A stretch of 58,059 nt of DNA. It comes from a virus. Taxonomy: Duplodnaviria; Caudoviricetes. Position 1 is the stretch's first letter. Each line of letters starts with the position of its first letter. Shown piece by piece: positions 54,485 to 58,059 of the stretch. The stretch is taken from IMG/VR virus record IMGVR_UViG_3300020591_000001, positions 1 to 58,059 of that record, one strand, 5' to 3'. The notes under the pieces are model-generated. The model searched no databases. It worked only from the letters and a program-made list of their open reading frames with translations, and was not told where the DNA came from. The position numbers and the translations under genes are program-made.

Positions 54485-56386
54485 ATGAGCACCGATCCGA
54501 TCATCCTGGCCGCGCAGGCCCGTGAAATCCTCGCGGGCCTACACCAGCGCAACGACACCGTCGTGCGCTTCAAGACCAACCTCTCCGGCCACGCCGAGGA
54601 CGCCACCGACGCGCTGGATGAGCGAGCGCCGGGGCACTTCCGCGCCGACAAGAAGATTCTGACCCTCAACCTCGACACGCTGCTGAACGGCAAGGGCATA
54701 CCCGACTCGCTGGCGACGATCGAGGACTGGCGCAAGTACCCGGTGCTGGCAGGGGTGGCGGCGCACGAGAGTGCCCACGCCCGTTTCAGCCTGTGGGACT
54801 CGGACGGGAACGAGATTCCCGAGACGATTCCGAACCCGGACTACGATCCGGCTGACCCCGAGTCAGGCCCGGAGGAGTTCAAGGTTTCCGAAACCGGTAA
54901 GCTCCTCGACATCGCGAAGCTTCTCGAAGAGCCCCGTGTCGAGCGCCTGGGGGTGAAGACCTTCACGAAGACCTGGCGGCGGGCGATGCAGTTCTCGGCG
55001 ACGCACCTCATTCTGGAGCGTGTTGACGAGGACGACGCCGACGGCAGGGACTCCCTCGACGCGGCGCTGAACCTCGTGATCCTGGTCGGGGGCCGACTCG
55101 CGGCGGGAACGCTGGGGGTCTCCTACAACTCCCGACAGGGCGTCAAGAAGGTGCTGGAGAGCGCGCAGAAGATCATCGAGACGGCGCTGTCCGAGAGGAT
55201 GGCAGCCGACCCGAAGTTCGACCCGTACCACGAGATCATGAAGATCGTCACGGATGCCGTGTTCGATGACAACCACACCGACGCAACGTCTCGCCTGGAG
55301 GCGGCGCGCCAAATCCTGAAGATCGTCCGCCCCGAGGGGGCGGATAACCCTGACGGGTCGGGCTCGGGCGACGGTGAGGGAGGCGAGGGCGCTGGCAAGC
55401 CGAGCCCTGGCGAAGAGGGGGGCGAGGGCGGCAAGTCCGAGGCGCAACAGGCGGCGGAGGCGGCAGCCGAAGCGGCGATGAACGCCATGAAGGACGCCAT
55501 GCGCGAAGCGATGGACAATCTCGTCACTGAGATGCGCAAGGAGGTCGTCTCCGAGGAGTCGCAGCCCGAGGCTGAGGGCGGCGGCGGATTCGGTGCGACG
55601 ATCTACGCCGACCCGCGCGCTCCGGGGCTCGACCACTACGAGCAGCCCAACGCCGACGACCGGGAACTGTACCGGCGTGCGGTGGATTGGATGGAGCGAC
55701 AGGTGCAGCCGACGGTGACCGAGGCCGAGATCGGCCAGTGGCACCCTGGCGGCGGCGCGCGACTGGATGTGCGATCCTACGTCCGCGACAACCTCGCCAA
55801 CCATCGAGTGAACCAGCGCACCGACTGGAACCGGGTTTCGGAAACCGTCAAGCCCGCCCCGCCCGTCAAGGTCGCGGTGATGCTGGACGGCTCCGGCTCG
55901 ATGCGCCCGAAGGCGCGGCTGAGCGCGTCGATCGGCTGGGCGGCGGCGAACGCCGCGGCGCAGCTTCCGGAGTCGCGCACGGTGTCCGTGGTGTACGGAG
56001 CAGCCGCAACGGTCACCCAGAAGCCGGGCGGCGACCCGATCCGTCAGGTGGCGGTATCCAAGACCAACGGGCCGTTCGAGAACTTCGGACATGCTGCCGA
56101 GCTGGTCGAGGAGGCGCTGTGGCTGGACGAGCCGACCGAGGAAGGGGAGCCGACCAACGTGCTCATCGTGATCGTCTCCGATCTGATGTACGGCGGATCG
56201 GCACCGTTCCGCGGCGAGCACCGCGCCCAGGGCGAGGTCTTCACGGAGGTCACGCGCGAGTGGGCCGACAAGGGCTACCAGATTCTCGTGGTGGGGGCTG
56301 ATCCCAAGCGCGAGCGGGAGCGCGCCACCTGGGGCGTGCGGATTGACGCCGTGCAACTCGTTACCCCCGACGAGCTGTTCCGGTAG
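54485..56386 (+). CDS. VWA-domain protein (CobT/NorD-like) with N-terminal HExxH domain
   Basis: AAHESAH...LEEPRVE; acidic Gly-rich linker; MIDAS motif MLDGSGSM; VIVSD. Confidence 0.85.
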   Translation: MSTDPIILAAQAREILAGLHQRNDTVVRFKTNLSGHAEDATDALDERAPGHFRADKKILTLNLDTLLNGKGIPDSLATIEDWRKYPVLAGVAAHESAHARFSLWDSDGNEIPETIPNPDYDPADPESGPEEFKVSETGKLLDIAKLLEEPRVERLGVKTFTKTWRRAMQFSATHLILERVDEDDADGRDSLDAALNLVILVGGRLAAGTLGVSYNSRQGVKKVLESAQKIIETALSERMAADPKFDPYHEIMKIVTDAVFDDNHTDATSRLEAARQILKIVRPEGADNPDGSGSGDGEGGEGAGKPSPGEEGGEGGKSEAQQAAEAAAEAAMNAMKDAMREAMDNLVTEMRKEVVSEESQPEAEGGGGFGATIYADPRAPGLDHYEQPNADDRELYRRAVDWMERQVQPTVTEAEIGQWHPGGGARLDVRSYVRDNLANHRVNQRTDWNRVSETVKPAPPVKVAVMLDGSGSMRPKARLSASIGWAAANAAAQLPESRTVSVVYGAAATVTQKPGGDPIRQVAVSKTNGPFENFGHAAELVEEALWLDEPTEEGEPTNVLIVIVSDLMYGGSAPFRGEHRAQGEVFTEVTREWADKGYQILVVGADPKRERERATWGVRIDAVQLVTPDELFR

Positions 56387-56395
56387 GCGGGTGTC

Positions 56396-56812
56396 ATGAA
56401 TCGCCACCGGGTGAAGCGCCACCGGCACGCCTGGACGGGAGGCTCTGACATCTGCGAGTGCGGCGCTCGCCGTGACGCACGTCAGAGCCTCCCGAGCAAC
56501 CCCGTCGTGACCCAGGAGACCCTGCGGAATCTGGTCGCGTCAAGCTCTGCGAGCACACTGGCGATGAGCGACTTCAGCGAGGCGATCCAACGAATCGGGG
56601 CCAGCCTGGGTGACGGGGCTAGTTTCCGAAACCCCGCCCCAGTCAGGACTCGTGAGCCGACGCCAGAGGAGGCGCTTCAGGTGATCTTCGACTACCTGGA
56701 GCGGGTCGCCGCCGAGCGCCCGGACGCCCTGGTCGAGACCGCGGGGAAGTGGATCAGCCAGGTCACGAACGGCATCGCTGATATACTTAGAAAGCACGAA
56801 GACGATATCTAG
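56396..56812 (+). CDS. Hypothetical protein, shared C-terminal domain family member 2
   Basis: N-terminal H.H.W...CECG; ends TPEEALQVIFDYLER...VETAGKWISQVTNGIADI. Confidence 0.75.
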   Translation: MNRHRVKRHRHAWTGGSDICECGARRDARQSLPSNPVVTQETLRNLVASSSASTLAMSDFSEAIQRIGASLGDGASFRNPAPVRTREPTPEEALQVIFDYLERVAAERPDALVETAGKWISQVTNGIADILRKHEDDI

Positions 56813-56841
56813 ACAAGACATATACAGAAAGGGGGCAGGAC

Positions 56842-57336
56842 ATGAACCCCGAGGAGAATGCCTACCCATACCCCAGCGTTCAGTTCGGTGCCAGGCGAGT
56901 GCCGGACCCGAAAGACCCTGACTACTCTGTCGTGTTGAGCATTGCGCCCGTCCACGAGCAGATCACCTTCGCGAGCCGCGACCGGCTTACGCAGGTCGTC
57001 GTGCCGTGGGAAGACCTACCCAGGCATCAGGATCGGATGACGGTTCGAGAGTGGGACGGGATTGTGAACATGCTGAAGCGGCACGTCGGGCAGCACGGCA
57101 GCACCACTAGCACCTTCTCGGTTTCGGAAACCTCTCGCGGCTCGCTGCGGAACTCGGCGCAGGAAGTGCTCAACGCACTGGCTCAGTTGGGGGCGTCCAG
57201 TGACGACGCGCTAGCGATCATCCTGTCCGAAATCACAGCCTCCGACGATCCGTTCAAGACCGGCGGAGACTGGATCGCGAGATTCACGAACGCCGTCAAC
57301 GCCATCATCAAGGAGGCCGAGGCGAACGATGGCTGA
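56842..57336 (+). CDS. Hypothetical protein, shared C-terminal domain family member 3
   Basis: Ends SSDDALAIILSEITASDDPFKTGGDWIARFTNAVNAI. Confidence 0.75.
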   Translation: MNPEENAYPYPSVQFGARRVPDPKDPDYSVVLSIAPVHEQITFASRDRLTQVVVPWEDLPRHQDRMTVREWDGIVNMLKRHVGQHGSTTSTFSVSETSRGSLRNSAQEVLNALAQLGASSDDALAIILSEITASDDPFKTGGDWIARFTNAVNAIIKEAEANDG

Positions 57337-57775
57337 CGACTGGTTCGCCGCGGCGGCCAGCGAAGCTGCCAAGACCGAGGCTGCCAAGAAGGTCGCAGCG
57401 CGCAGCAGTGTAATCGATCGACTGCGCCAGGAGGCGGCGGCACAGCGTGAGCGGATCGAGGCCGAGAAGCGTCGCATGGCGGCGTCGAGCCAGAAGAGCC
57501 GGGGCGAGGTCGCCAGCGCGGCTGGGGAGTTCTTCGCAGCAGTGGCGGCGGGCGTGCGGCCCCCTCACGCGCCGGGCTACGCTTCCGGCGGCTACGCTTC
57601 CGGCGGCGGCGCTTCCGGCGGCGGCGCGGCGCGGATGACCCCGGACGCGGCACTCGGGGTTATCGAGGATGCGGTGCGCAGGAGCGCCGATCCGTATCTC
57701 GCGGCGGGTGAGTGGATTTCCAAGATCACCAACGCGCTGAGCGCGATCGCACGAGAGTACGCCGACGAGGGCTAG
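57329..57775 (+). CDS. Hypothetical protein, shared C-terminal domain family member 4
   Basis: Coiled coil, GYASG linker repeats, ends TPDAALGVIEDAVRRSADPYLAAGEWISKITNALSAI. Confidence 0.75.
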   Translation: MADDWFAAAASEAAKTEAAKKVAARSSVIDRLRQEAAAQRERIEAEKRRMAASSQKSRGEVASAAGEFFAAVAAGVRPPHAPGYASGGYASGGGASGGGAARMTPDAALGVIEDAVRRSADPYLAAGEWISKITNALSAIAREYADEG

Positions 57776-57849
57776 ACTGCCTCACTACTAGCCAAACCAA
57801 CAAACCAGCAGTACCATATATCCATATACCCAGAAGGGAGCATCACAAC

Positions 57850-58059
57850 ATGGGCTTCATCGGCAACGTCAAGGAGGCGGTCAAGGACGCGCGCGAGGGC
57901 GTCCGCAAGGGCCGCCGCGACATCGATCTTGCGAAGGCGTTCTTCGCCGAGCACAACGACAACCCGCCGTTCGACGTGGCGAAGCGGTTCTTCACCTCTC
58001 TCGGCGACGACGTGGACACCTCCAAGCCGCGCGAGGTTCGCGCCTACATGCACACGGTC
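57850..58059 (+). CDS. 5' part of the junction-spanning hypothetical protein (continues at 128..676)
   Basis: GAAGGGAG RBS, ATG at 57850, frame open through the overlap. Confidence 0.8.
   Translation, partial: MGFIGNVKEAVKDAREGVRKGRRDIDLAKAFFAEHNDNPPFDVAKRFFTSLGDDVDTSKPREVRAYMHTV

Larger units (their letters stand above)
505..57132. repeat. Genome-wide dispersed palindrome (G)GTTTC-N/YR-GAAAC(C), about 43 copies
   Basis: Starts read by eye: 505,1541,2506,2814,3867,5422,6431,7349,10374,11406,12684,14167,15470,16965,18282,18960,20185,21202,22802,24709,25723,27326,30675,31507,35694,36943,39221,41425(variant),41555,44234,46137,48122,48188,49092,50845,51405,51896,52791,53773,54883,55834,56622,57120. 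Confidence 0.95.

Noticed and set aside
57933-58059. 127-bp direct terminal repeat as a biological genome end
   Set aside because: It lies mid-gene and its length matches a common assembler k-mer, so it is best explained as a circularisation overlap.

Overview
This window is an apparently complete, circularly assembled ~57.9 kb GC-rich siphovirus genome; bases 1-127 are repeated exactly at 57933-58059. It is most likely an actinobacteriophage, and a Microbacteriaceae host is inferred but not shown. The plus strand (49651-end, then 1-21132) carries early and replication genes: a MoxR-type AAA+ ATPase with a VWA partner, a sortase-anchored surface protein, oligoribonuclease, SF2 helicase, a WhiB-like regulator, a Cas4-like DUF2800 nuclease, a DUF2815 SSB, primase-polymerase/helicase and a RuvC-like resolvase. 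The minus strand (49072 to 21222) carries terminase, portal, protease, capsid, neck, two tail-tube paralogs, a frameshifted chaperone, tape measure, tail tip and lysis genes, interrupted by tRNA-Asn and an opposite-strand HNH gene. I recognised no integrase, CI-like repressor or replicative DNA polymerase. The most unusual signals are four. (1) About 43 copies of a palindrome, GGTTTC-N(1-2)-GAAACC, are spread across the genome, inside genes in several reading frames and next to promoters. (2) The MoxR/VWA locus contains four small genes with unrelated N-termini and a shared ~40-aa C-terminal domain. (3) Host-type control sites are present: three LexA boxes around a palindrome-rich AT-rich segment and one near-canonical parS. 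(4) Several structured non-coding segments have no assigned function. All product calls come from motif recognition by eye; no database search was run.
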